A stretch of DNA of 64,000 nucleotides from Sedimentisphaerales bacterium (lineage in GTDB: Bacteria > Planctomycetota > Phycisphaerae > Sedimentisphaerales > SM23-30). Numbering within the stretch: position 1 is the first letter of the stretch; every line of letters starts with the position of its first letter. Shown here one piece after another: positions 49,092 through 58,575 of this stretch. Below the pieces are notes generated by a model that was not told where the DNA came from, searched no databases, and worked only from the letters and a program-made list of their open reading frames with translations. Position numbers and translations under genes: made by a program. The stretch lies in NCBI GenBank assembly GCA_963666285.1, contig OY762711.1; one strand, 5' to 3'.

Positions 49092-49766
49092 ATGTCATTA
49101 ATAAAAAAATTAAAACGAATAACACTTAGCCGTATCGAGGCTTTTCTTGACACACTGGAAAATCCGGAATATATTCTGCCGCAATTGCAGAAAGAACTTG
49201 CCGGTAAGTTGGATCAGGCGATAAACGCGCAGGCAAAGTCTTTGACTGCGGTTAAATCGGCAAGGCGAAAACTGGATGAGCTTGAGGGGAAGCTGTTGAG
49301 ATATGATAAACTGGTTACCGCGGCTGTTGCGGAAAAGGATGAGCAGTTGGCGCGTAAGATATTGTCGGCTCAGATACAGGTTGAGGAAGAGAAAGGCAGG
49401 CAGCAGTCTCAATTGCAGGGTACTGAGCAGGCATATTTACAGGCGAAACAGGTATGTGAGCAACTTAAGAAAAGCCTGGATAGCTTAAAGCAGAAAGTCA
49501 GGGATTTGAAATATCGGGATACGATGACTAAACAAATGCAGGCAATGCAGAGAAAAGCCGGCTGGACCGACGATTGCAAGGCGGATTCTATCCTGGAAGC
49601 AGTCGCAAGAATGGAAGAGAAGGTAATTGAGAGGGAATCAGAGGTAGAGGTTCGGCAGGAGATGACACATCTGCTTCTGGATGATGATTCAATTGAAGAA
49701 TTGGAGAAAAAGGCAGAAGTTGATCGGCGACTTGCTGAGCTACTAAATAATAACAAGAATAACTAA
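49092..49766 (+). CDS. PspA/IM30 family protein, paralogue 3
   Basis: MSLIKKLKRITLSRIEAFLDTLENPE aligns with paralogue 1; EKDEQLAR, DSILEAVARMEEKV, EVDRRLAEL. Confidence 0.85.
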   Translation: MSLIKKLKRITLSRIEAFLDTLENPEYILPQLQKELAGKLDQAINAQAKSLTAVKSARRKLDELEGKLLRYDKLVTAAVAEKDEQLARKILSAQIQVEEEKGRQQSQLQGTEQAYLQAKQVCEQLKKSLDSLKQKVRDLKYRDTMTKQMQAMQRKAGWTDDCKADSILEAVARMEEKVIERESEVEVRQEMTHLLLDDDSIEELEKKAEVDRRLAELLNNNKNN

Positions 49767-50233
49767 ATATTAGTATCTGTCTGGTGACTTACCTAACTCC
49801 TTTACCTTTGATAATTTATAGTTAATATCCCTGAAATGCAGAAATGAATTGTCTAAGTTATTGTAAAACAATGCTTTAGGGGGGGGGTTCACTAAGCGAT
49901 CTGTACGTTAGGCAGTATCGTTTATTCAATTCTGGCAATATCATATAAATCAGCCTCAATTTGTACCAGGCGAATCATGCTATAACACTTTATCTAACAA
50001 TGCTTTATATTAATCTTTTCAGTCGAATAGGAAGTGTTGATTATTTATTGGGTTGATAATTATGTGGTTGGACTGATTATATATATGTGTGATATTAATT
50101 TAGGAGATTATCTGTAGAAAGAGGATATTCAATTCTTGTCAGTTTCACATGATTTGGTGGCAAAAGGCGAAAATTCTTTTTGAACTATATTTACAGTATT
50201 ATCTATGATTTATCTTTGGAGCAAGGTGGAAAT

Positions 50234-53200
50234 ATGACCTGTAACATGAATTTGCCTGTATTAATTTGTATATTTATGGTACTTTTCTCAGGGTTAAGTT
50301 CGGATATTTATGCTGACAGTGTTGTTACTTTTAATGAGATTATGTATCACCCGGAAGATAGCCAGGCTGATAGTGAATGGATAGAACTGTATAACCAGAT
50401 GGCTGTGGATATAGATTTATCTGGCTGGGCTATTAAAGGAGCCGTTAAATATACATTTCCAGAAGGTACATTTATATCAGGCGGGAGCTATATAGTTGTC
50501 GCAAAGCTACCGGATGAGTTAATTTCACTAGCCGGAACAGAAAATGTTTTCGGTCCGTTTGATGGCCAATTATCTAATAGTGGTGAATCGCTCAGGCTGG
50601 AAACAGGCAGTGGTCGAGTGATGGATTCTATTACATATAACGATAAAGGCAGCTGGCCGATTGGTCCGGATGGCTCCGGGGTATCACTTTCAAAGAAAAA
50701 TAAGAATCAGGCCAGTCTATATTCTCAAAACTGGACTCATAGTCATCAGGTTGGTGGTACTCCAGGCGCTGAGAATTTTCCGGTAAAGGATCTGAGACAA
50801 AATCGTGTTGAGTTAGTAGGAAAAAATGATGTTTGGAAATACTGGGACTGGGGAATAGATTTGGGTACTGAATGGAAAGTTTCAGGTTATGATACTACAT
50901 ACTGGAGGCAAGGTGCAGCTGGATTTGTCTTTGGATATAATGTTGAAACGGGTGAGATGGAACCCGTTACGACTTTATTTAGTACAGGTTTGGATGATGA
51001 TGGCTTTCCGCTTACTACTGGAAGTTATGATTTGCATTATGAATTTACAGCTACCGGCGAACCTGTTTATGCTATGATTAACCATTCGGCATGGCTTGCT
51101 AATGACAGCAGTTCACAATGGATTGGATTCAGTAGTTCAGGAACTGATTCGCAACCTGTTGGACTTTTTCCAATTTCGACAACATTTGATCTCGATGGAT
51201 GGGACCATGAAACTGTTGGTATAACGATGTACATCGCAGTTGACAATGCTGTTGGCGATGTGCTGATCAATGGAATTAGTACAGGCATAACTTGCAATGT
51301 TTATGATAGCTGGTGCGGTCCTTTTGTGATAGATTCCGGTTTTGTTGCAGGCCGGAATGAATTGACTTTTAACTTTATAAATGAAGGTGACAGTATTAAT
51401 CCGGCAGGTTTGCGGGTTTGGATGGAAGCCGAAGCAATGACCAGCCTTGGTAATACTGAACTGACGTCCTGTCCTCAAACGTGTTATTTTCGAAAAAACT
51501 TTCTATATGATCCGACTGATGAGACAACAGTGGGGTTAAGTCTGGATTTTACTGTTGATGATGGTGCGGTATTTTACCTGAATGGTCAGGAAATATATCG
51601 CTATAATATGCCTGACGGAGCAGTTGAATACAGTACGTATGCCGAGACAGATATTGTAGAGATTTTATCAAATGGAGAGATTCAAGTACCGGCGGAAGCA
51701 TTGGTTGCAGGAGAAAATATTTTTGCTATAGAGGTGCATAATGTCGCAGCAGGAGAGAGTGATTTTTATTTTCAGGCTGAACTAACAGCAATTGAAACTC
51801 CAATAGATACAGCAGAAACAGTAAATCTGGTATTTAATGAATTATCTGCTTCTGAAGCTGGTCCTTTTTGGGTTGAAATGGTGAATTATGGAAATGAAAC
51901 GCTTGATTTGACAGGTGTGGTAATTCACCTCGATGGTCAAGTAGACCAGGAATATGTGTTACCATCAGGGGTATTAGGTGCTGGAGACTATATAGTTCTG
52001 GATGAAACAGTGCTTGGTTTTTCTCCTGAAGTAGATGATAAAATGTATCTTTACTGGGCAGGTAAACAGTTATTGATGGATGCCGCAATTGTTAAGGATG
52101 TCCTGCAAGGTAGAGAAACGCCTGATTCGGACTATTTTTCTTATCCGCAAATATGTACACCGGGTGAAGATAATATTATTGGAACTAATAATGATATTGT
52201 CATTAATGAGATAATGTATCACAAGGGAGATATCTTTGCCAGTCCTGGTGTCTACGAAACAGTTGTACTTGTCTCGAAAGGTCATCAGGCCAAGGTTTTG
52301 GTACCTTCTGCCAGTCAGGTCGATACCTGGACTGGTGCAGATGAGCCGTTTGATGATTCTTTATGGCAAGATGGATATTTAGGAGTCGGCTACGATAACG
52401 AAGGTGACTATAATTCTGATATTGGAATAGATATTCATGATGATATTTATAACCAATGTCAAACTTTTTATGTTCGGACCGAGTTTGAACTGACAAATAC
52501 TACAACTGTGGGTTCAATGACATTGAGGATGAAATACGATGATGGATTCATCGTTTATCTAAACGGAATTAAAATTGCTGAGGTGAACGCACCTGATGAT
52601 CCTGATTGGACTAGCAGTTCAACTGGTTCGCATGAAGCAAGTGAATATGAAACGTTTGATGTTTCTGATTACGTAGAGGCATTAAAAAACGGAAGTAATA
52701 TTCTGGCCATACAGGGTTTTAATTATGGTGTGACAAGCTCTGACTTGCTGGTTCTGCCTGAATTAAGCATTGTAGATGAAATTGTAGCTCCAATTGAAGC
52801 CGATGAATCCTCTGAAGAATGGGTAGAATTATATAATCGGGGTGCAGATACAGTTAATCTTGAGGGATGGGAATTAGATGGAGATATATCATATGTATTT
52901 GAAGCTGCTACTCTGCTTAATGCCGGTGATTATTTGGTTGTAGCGCGTGATCGCGAGGCATTATTGACGGATTGGCCAGAAATTAATATCGTAGGTGATT
53001 TTGATGGGCGGTTGAGCAATTCTATTGGTTCAGTTATTTTACGTGACCCGCATGATAATATTGCAGATGAAGTAAAATATTATGATGGAGCACCATGGCC
53101 TGAGGATGCTGACGGTTATAATGCCAGTCTTGAATTATGTAATCCTTTTGCAGATAATAATTCGGCTCTCTCATGGTCGGCAAGTAACGAGCAGGATAAG

Positions 53201-56200
53201 TCATCATGGCAAACTTACACTTACCGAGGTATAGCAAGCCCGAGTATAATATCACAACCAGACAGTCAGTGGCGAGAATTTGTATTGGGCATGCTGGATG
53301 CCGGAGTGCTGCTGATTGATGATATTAGTGTTGTAGAAGATCCCGATGGTACTGCGATTCAGCTTTTGCAGAACGGTACTTTCGAAGATACTCCGGGTGA
53401 AAATTCCTGGCGATTATTGGGCACCCACCGCCATAGTTCTGTTGTTATTGATCCGTATGACTCGGCAAATCACGTCTTGAAGCTGGTTTCGACGGGTACA
53501 ACTGATCATATGCATAACCATATTGAAATCACTCTGGCAAATGGTAAAAGTGTTACAAATGGACAGACATATGAAATTTCGTTTCGAGCCAGGTGGGTTT
53601 CTGGTTCAAACCAGCTAAATACACGCTTATATTTTAACAGATTAGCAAACACTACACTGGTAGAAAAGCCGCGTTTGAATGGCACTCCGGGCACATTAAA
53701 TTCTCAATATGTCGTAAATCCCGGCCCTGTATTTTCTAATTTTAGTCACTTTCCAGCAGTGCCTCGCTTTGATGAAGACATAACAATTTCTGCAAAAATA
53801 AGTGATCCGTCCGGCATAGCAGGCGCAATAATGGAATGGCGTATCGATGGAAATACATGGAATTCAATCTCGATGACCACAAATGGTGATAGTTTGTATT
53901 CGGCTGTAATTCCTAAACAGGCCAGTGGTTCAATCGTTCAGTTTTATATCAGAGCAAGTGACCTGCAAGGGGCAATATCTGAATATCCGGTAGGCGGTCC
54001 TGATTCGCGGGCATTGTTCCGAGTCGATGATGGTTTAGCATCTGAAAATGGACTCCACAACATGCGTATTCTCACTACCAGTGATGATAATTCATGGCTG
54101 CATACAGACATTAATGTTATGAGTAATGACAGGATAGCTGCTACTGTAATTTATGATGAGGAAGAGATATTCTACAATGTTGGTATTCGGCTGAAAGGCA
54201 GCCAGCATCATCGTACACCATCTAACGAGGTTGGTTTTAATGTACAATTTCATGCTGACCAGCTATTTCGAGGTGTGCATAAAACTGTTGCTATAGACCG
54301 GTCACAGGGAGTAGGCTTCGGTCAGCGTGAGTTATTAATAAATCAGGCAATGAACCATTCTAATGCCGTAGCAAGCAAATATACCGACCTGATCAAATTG
54401 ATGCCAAATCTGGCTGTACATACCAGTACGGCAGAGCTGCAGCTTGCCAGGTTCAATGATGAGTTTCTTGATGGTCAGTTTGAAAATGGCAGCGATGGTA
54501 ACTTATATGAATATGAACTGGTTTACTATCCTCTCGCGACCAATAATGGTGACGAAGAAGGGTATAAAATACCACTTCCGGACAATCCCGTTGGGGTTGG
54601 AATTTATGATTTAGGTGTGGATAAAGAAGCATACCGTTGGCTATATCTGGGCAAAAATAACAGGGCCTGGGATTCGTATGATACTCTAATGGATTTTTGT
54701 AAGTTTTTCGGTGATTCATCCAATGTATACTACGAACAACTTGATTCGGTAATCGATATTGACATCTGGCTTGAGTCGTTTGCTATTGCAGTTGCAAGTG
54801 GTTCAGGTGATAATTATGGTGGTGACAATGCCGCACATAATGCGATGATTTATGTTCGGCCAGAAGATGGACGTGTATTATACTTCCCTCATGATCTGGA
54901 CTATGCATATGAAACAACTCGTTCTATTGTGCCAAACAGTGATTTAAACAAAATGATTGCTAATCCAAATTTGGAACGCCTGTATTATGGTTACTTGTAT
55001 CATATCCTCAACAGTTCTTATAATGTGACATATATGTCACATTGGACTGACCATTTTGGCGAACTACTGGTGGGGCAGAACTTTGATTCTTATCTGACTT
55101 TTATCGGTGAAAGATATAATTACTTGTCAGGAGAGTTGAATGCCAGGATCGCGGCTGATTATGGCTTCGTAATAACTGATTTAGATAAAGTTGTTGATAG
55201 TGATTCGACTACTATTGAAGGAAAAGCATGGATCAATGTTAAATCAATTCGATTGGTCGGGATGGATGGTGACCTTGATATCTCATGGAGTAAAACAGGC
55301 AGTGGAAGCAGTTCTGAATTCCATTGGCAGGCCAATGTGCCTTTAGAGCCGGGCGTTAATAATCTTGTTTTTGAAGCTACCGGGTTTAATGATGAACTGA
55401 TTGGCCAGGCATCAATTATAGTAACCAGCACGCTTGAGGACAGACCGCTACGAGAATTCTTCAAAATCAGTGAAATTATGTACGATCCACAAGGTGGAAC
55501 AGATTATGAATTTATCGAGGTTACAAACACTGGACCTGAATCTTTGGACTTGACCTATGTTTCATTTAATGATGGGATTGATTTTGCCTTTCTAAACAGT
55601 AATGTTAATAGTATAGATCCCGGTGAGTATGTTGTAATAGTTAAGGATATATCGGCATTTACATCACGGTACGGCTCGTCCGGTATTGTTGTTGCAGGTG
55701 AATATAGCGGCAAGCTGAGTAATGATGGTGAGAAACTTTCTATTATTGGCCAGTGGAATGCAGAGCTTGGCACAGTTACATATAATAATGGCCGTGGCTG
55801 GCCACTGGCAGCTTCTGGTGCCGGGCATTCGATAGTACGGGATAATAGTTTTGACGGCTCCGATGATTATGGTATGAATTGGAGGGCCAGTACTTATATG
55901 AATGGCTCTCCGGGGCAGGCTGATGTACAGTTGTGCCAATCTGTCGTAATTAACGAGATAATGGCACATACTGATTATTCTGATAATGATTATCCGGAAT
56001 ATGATTCTAATGACTGGATCGAACTTTTTAACCCTGGTTCATCTAACATTGTCCTCGACGCTGGAGAATGGTATTTAAGTGACGATGAAGATGATCTGAA
56101 AAAGTGGGAATTGCCACAAACAAATATATCAGCATTTGGTTATGTAAGTTTCGATGAAGTCACCGGTTTTAACAATCCGATTGGAACCGGTTTTGGATTA

Positions 56201-57079
56201 AATAAATCAGGTGAGAAACTTTACCTATCTTATCTGCCGGGTAATAATATGGACCGAATAGTGGATTGTGTTAGTTTTAAAGGTCAGGAAAATGATATTT
56301 CACTGGCACGATTACCTGATGCCGGAGTCTTTTGGCAGGCAGCAGTACCAACCAGGGACTACCAGAACCAGGTTGGCTTACCTCATGCTGTTATTAGCGA
56401 GCTAATGTACGATCCAATTGTTGACAATTATGAGTTTGTTGAGCTTTATAATCCAACAAATGATACAATATCGCTCTGGGATGACGAAACTAATAGTGGG
56501 TGGAGATTAGACGGAGGTATTTCCTATGACTTTAGTACAAACTCAGAAATTCCCCCATATGGTTATCTTCTTATTCTTCCATTCGATCCGACCGGCCTTG
56601 AGTATGAAGATTTTCTTGTACAGTATGGTATTTCACCGGCCGTATTGGAAGGTCCATATTCAGGTAAGCTTTCAAATGATGGAGAACGAGTAGCTCTGGA
56701 AAAGCCTGAAGCTGCCGATGACGGTACTGACGATAATTCTTGGGTTATCGTAGATGAGGTAATATATTCGGATATGGTACCGTGGCCAGGGGGAATCGCC
56801 GAGACCGGGTTAAGCTTGTGGCGTTTTGATAACTCAACCTCTGGTAACAATCCTGACAGCTGGAATATTGCATTAGCAAGTCCCGGGGCAGCAGTATGCG
56901 ACTTTAATGCCGATGGAGTTGTTAATATTGTCGACTGGTCCCTTATGGCCGACAATTGGTTCGTTTCTTCTACTGAACAGAATACACCATTTACTGGTGA
57001 TGTAATAAATACAGATTCAGGTATTGTTGATTTTGCTGACCTGGCTGTCCTGGTAGATATGTGGTTAAAGGGAAATTAA
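50234..57079 (+). CDS. Giant secreted lamin-tail-domain/CotH-kinase protein with dockerin-like tail
   Basis: Start moved from TTG 50180 to ATG 50234; repeated NEIMY..EWIELYN lamin-tail units; VGIRLKGS and GDNY..HN..YFPHDLD CotH motifs; CDFNADGVVNIVDWSLMADNW and IVDFADLAVLVDMWL. Confidence 0.9.
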   Translation: MTCNMNLPVLICIFMVLFSGLSSDIYADSVVTFNEIMYHPEDSQADSEWIELYNQMAVDIDLSGWAIKGAVKYTFPEGTFISGGSYIVVAKLPDELISLAGTENVFGPFDGQLSNSGESLRLETGSGRVMDSITYNDKGSWPIGPDGSGVSLSKKNKNQASLYSQNWTHSHQVGGTPGAENFPVKDLRQNRVELVGKNDVWKYWDWGIDLGTEWKVSGYDTTYWRQGAAGFVFGYNVETGEMEPVTTLFSTGLDDDGFPLTTGSYDLHYEFTATGEPVYAMINHSAWLANDSSSQWIGFSSSGTDSQPVGLFPISTTFDLDGWDHETVGITMYIAVDNAVGDVLINGISTGITCNVYDSWCGPFVIDSGFVAGRNELTFNFINEGDSINPAGLRVWMEAEAMTSLGNTELTSCPQTCYFRKNFLYDPTDETTVGLSLDFTVDDGAVFYLNGQEIYRYNMPDGAVEYSTYAETDIVEILSNGEIQVPAEALVAGENIFAIEVHNVAAGESDFYFQAELTAIETPIDTAETVNLVFNELSASEAGPFWVEMVNYGNETLDLTGVVIHLDGQVDQEYVLPSGVLGAGDYIVLDETVLGFSPEVDDKMYLYWAGKQLLMDAAIVKDVLQGRETPDSDYFSYPQICTPGEDNIIGTNNDIVINEIMYHKGDIFASPGVYETVVLVSKGHQAKVLVPSASQVDTWTGADEPFDDSLWQDGYLGVGYDNEGDYNSDIGIDIHDDIYNQCQTFYVRTEFELTNTTTVGSMTLRMKYDDGFIVYLNGIKIAEVNAPDDPDWTSSSTGSHEASEYETFDVSDYVEALKNGSNILAIQGFNYGVTSSDLLVLPELSIVDEIVAPIEADESSEEWVELYNRGADTVNLEGWELDGDISYVFEAATLLNAGDYLVVARDREALLTDWPEINIVGDFDGRLSNSIGSVILRDPHDNIADEVKYYDGAPWPEDADGYNASLELCNPFADNNSALSWSASNEQDKSSWQTYTYRGIASPSIISQPDSQWREFVLGMLDAGVLLIDDISVVEDPDGTAIQLLQNGTFEDTPGENSWRLLGTHRHSSVVIDPYDSANHVLKLVSTGTTDHMHNHIEITLANGKSVTNGQTYEISFRARWVSGSNQLNTRLYFNRLANTTLVEKPRLNGTPGTLNSQYVVNPGPVFSNFSHFPAVPRFDEDITISAKISDPSGIAGAIMEWRIDGNTWNSISMTTNGDSLYSAVIPKQASGSIVQFYIRASDLQGAISEYPVGGPDSRALFRVDDGLASENGLHNMRILTTSDDNSWLHTDINVMSNDRIAATVIYDEEEIFYNVGIRLKGSQHHRTPSNEVGFNVQFHADQLFRGVHKTVAIDRSQGVGFGQRELLINQAMNHSNAVASKYTDLIKLMPNLAVHTSTAELQLARFNDEFLDGQFENGSDGNLYEYELVYYPLATNNGDEEGYKIPLPDNPVGVGIYDLGVDKEAYRWLYLGKNNRAWDSYDTLMDFCKFFGDSSNVYYEQLDSVIDIDIWLESFAIAVASGSGDNYGGDNAAHNAMIYVRPEDGRVLYFPHDLDYAYETTRSIVPNSDLNKMIANPNLERLYYGYLYHILNSSYNVTYMSHWTDHFGELLVGQNFDSYLTFIGERYNYLSGELNARIAADYGFVITDLDKVVDSDSTTIEGKAWINVKSIRLVGMDGDLDISWSKTGSGSSSEFHWQANVPLEPGVNNLVFEATGFNDELIGQASIIVTSTLEDRPLREFFKISEIMYDPQGGTDYEFIEVTNTGPESLDLTYVSFNDGIDFAFLNSNVNSIDPGEYVVIVKDISAFTSRYGSSGIVVAGEYSGKLSNDGEKLSIIGQWNAELGTVTYNNGRGWPLAASGAGHSIVRDNSFDGSDDYGMNWRASTYMNGSPGQADVQLCQSVVINEIMAHTDYSDNDYPEYDSNDWIELFNPGSSNIVLDAGEWYLSDDEDDLKKWELPQTNISAFGYVSFDEVTGFNNPIGTGFGLNKSGEKLYLSYLPGNNMDRIVDCVSFKGQENDISLARLPDAGVFWQAAVPTRDYQNQVGLPHAVISELMYDPIVDNYEFVELYNPTNDTISLWDDETNSGWRLDGGISYDFSTNSEIPPYGYLLILPFDPTGLEYEDFLVQYGISPAVLEGPYSGKLSNDGERVALEKPEAADDGTDDNSWVIVDEVIYSDMVPWPGGIAETGLSLWRFDNSTSGNNPDSWNIALASPGAAVCDFNADGVVNIVDWSLMADNWFVSSTEQNTPFTGDVINTDSGIVDFADLAVLVDMWLKGN

Positions 57080-57479
57080 CTTTATAAGTATATTATTTAA
57101 GGTAGGAATATTTATGTGCCCAAAACTGTAAATTGTGTTTTATTTATCTTTAACCGTTAATGCGGCACAGAAAATGCATTTTTGCTTAAAAGCAGTTATT
57201 TAAAATAAATTGACATATTCAGTTTTTAAAGAGCATTTATATGTTCAAGACGAAGTTTTCGTCGTTGTTAAGTTTTATCGAGAGCTGATTTATGTTGGTA
57301 CTTATTTTTTGTCGGCTCTCTACTATTGGACGGTATGTCGAAAGTGCGCTGATTTTTTTGGTGTGATGGTTGGCCCGAAAGTTTGTAAAGTGTTGGGGAT
57401 AATCGGGATAAAATTTTTGAAGACTTTAAATTTTCGCGTTTTGGTGGTTGTAAAAACGCAGTGATTTTTTCTTTGAAAA

Positions 57480-58500
57480 AATCAAGTGAAGAATTGCGGT
57501 GTCGCTTCGCGACGGTTAATTGATGGGTGACGAGAGGTGTGCGGGATATATACGGGGCAGCGCGGCGGGTGTGCGGAGGTGAAAAGGCAAATGGATTTGA
57601 ACGGGGCCGAATTGCGGGCTGCGGGCAGTATGCGGAGGAACGTTGAATGGGTGCGGCGGTATACGGACGGGAACGGAGCGGAAGCAGGGAAGTAGGTAAA
57701 AAGTAAGAGGTAAGAGGTAAGAGTTGAGGTGTCGCTACGCGACCAATTTTAAACGGCTACGCCGAAAAGCAGAACCACAGATTCACACCGATGCACACTG
57801 ATAAAGAAAAGAAATGGAAAGCGTTTCTAAAGTATCAAGTATAAAGGATAAAGTATAAAAAATCAAGAGAGCTGTCAGCAACAAGCTGTCAGCAACAAGC
57901 TATCAGCGGCCAGCGGCTAGTGAAGAGGAAATACGTGCTTCGCACTCTGGCACATCATTGGACAAGTCCAATGATGTGAAGGTGTCGCTTACGCGACCTG
58001 TTTTTATTATCGTGCCGAGTTTGTGCTAAGCGTTCACAGGTGTGAAAAGGTGTTGCCTTCGGTGAGGCAAATTGACTTATAAATGACAATAGCGGGGTGA
58101 AAGAAGGGTTAAAAAACGGAATGAAATTGAAGGTTTCGGGGATATAAGAATGAGTTCATGGCGGGTTTTGGAAAGTGTGCGGCGGGAAGGGGATTTTGCA
58201 GACATTATCGTAAGTTGTTATTGTTGGATTTTGGGCGGACCAGATGTCGCAGGGCGGCGAGCTACGCTAAATGAAAAATGAATAATTAAAAGTGAAAAAT
58301 TAAGGTGTTCGCCTGGCGGCTCACGGCTTGTTTAAAATTAGAACAGATGAGCAGCGAAATAGCAACCAGCTACCATTAAGCCAGCGAAGATAAAAACGTG
58401 CTGCGCACTGGGGCACATCATTAGACAAGTCCAATGATGTGAAGGTGTCGCTAGTGCGACGGTTGTTTTATGCTCAGCGTCTTCGACGAGCTCAAGATTT
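57480..58500. repeat. Non-coding patchwork of REP-like palindromes and short tandem repeats
   Basis: GGTGTCGCT-n-GCGAC hairpins at 57498, 57728, 57981, 58444; 65-bp direct repeat 57933-57997 / 58396-58460 (58/65) containing CACATCATTGGAC-AA-GTCCAATGATGTG; 7-mer runs (GTAAGAG)x3 and TATAAAG-like; 14-mer AGCTGTCAGCAACA x2. Confidence 0.85.
58267..58333 (+). repeat. 67-bp 'left' element, copy 2
   Basis: 56/67 identical to 31706-31772. Confidence 0.8.
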
Positions 58501-58575
58501 TAAACGGGGACGAGGTTATTGCGTAAATGAGAGATATTTTATATCAAACTATTCTTCCTTTATTTTTGTTATTGG

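Noticed and set aside
49791..49913. Possible integron attC site (ACCTAAC ... GTTAGGC)
   Set aside because: R-box-like heptamers are present but the inner L boxes do not pair; single occurrence and no integrase.
57210..57464. 84-aa TTG-start ORF
   Set aside because: No RBS, no motif; likely spurious.
57480..58500. Possible CRISPR array
   Set aside because: Repeats are short, degenerate and irregularly spaced (140-320 bp); no cas genes in the window.
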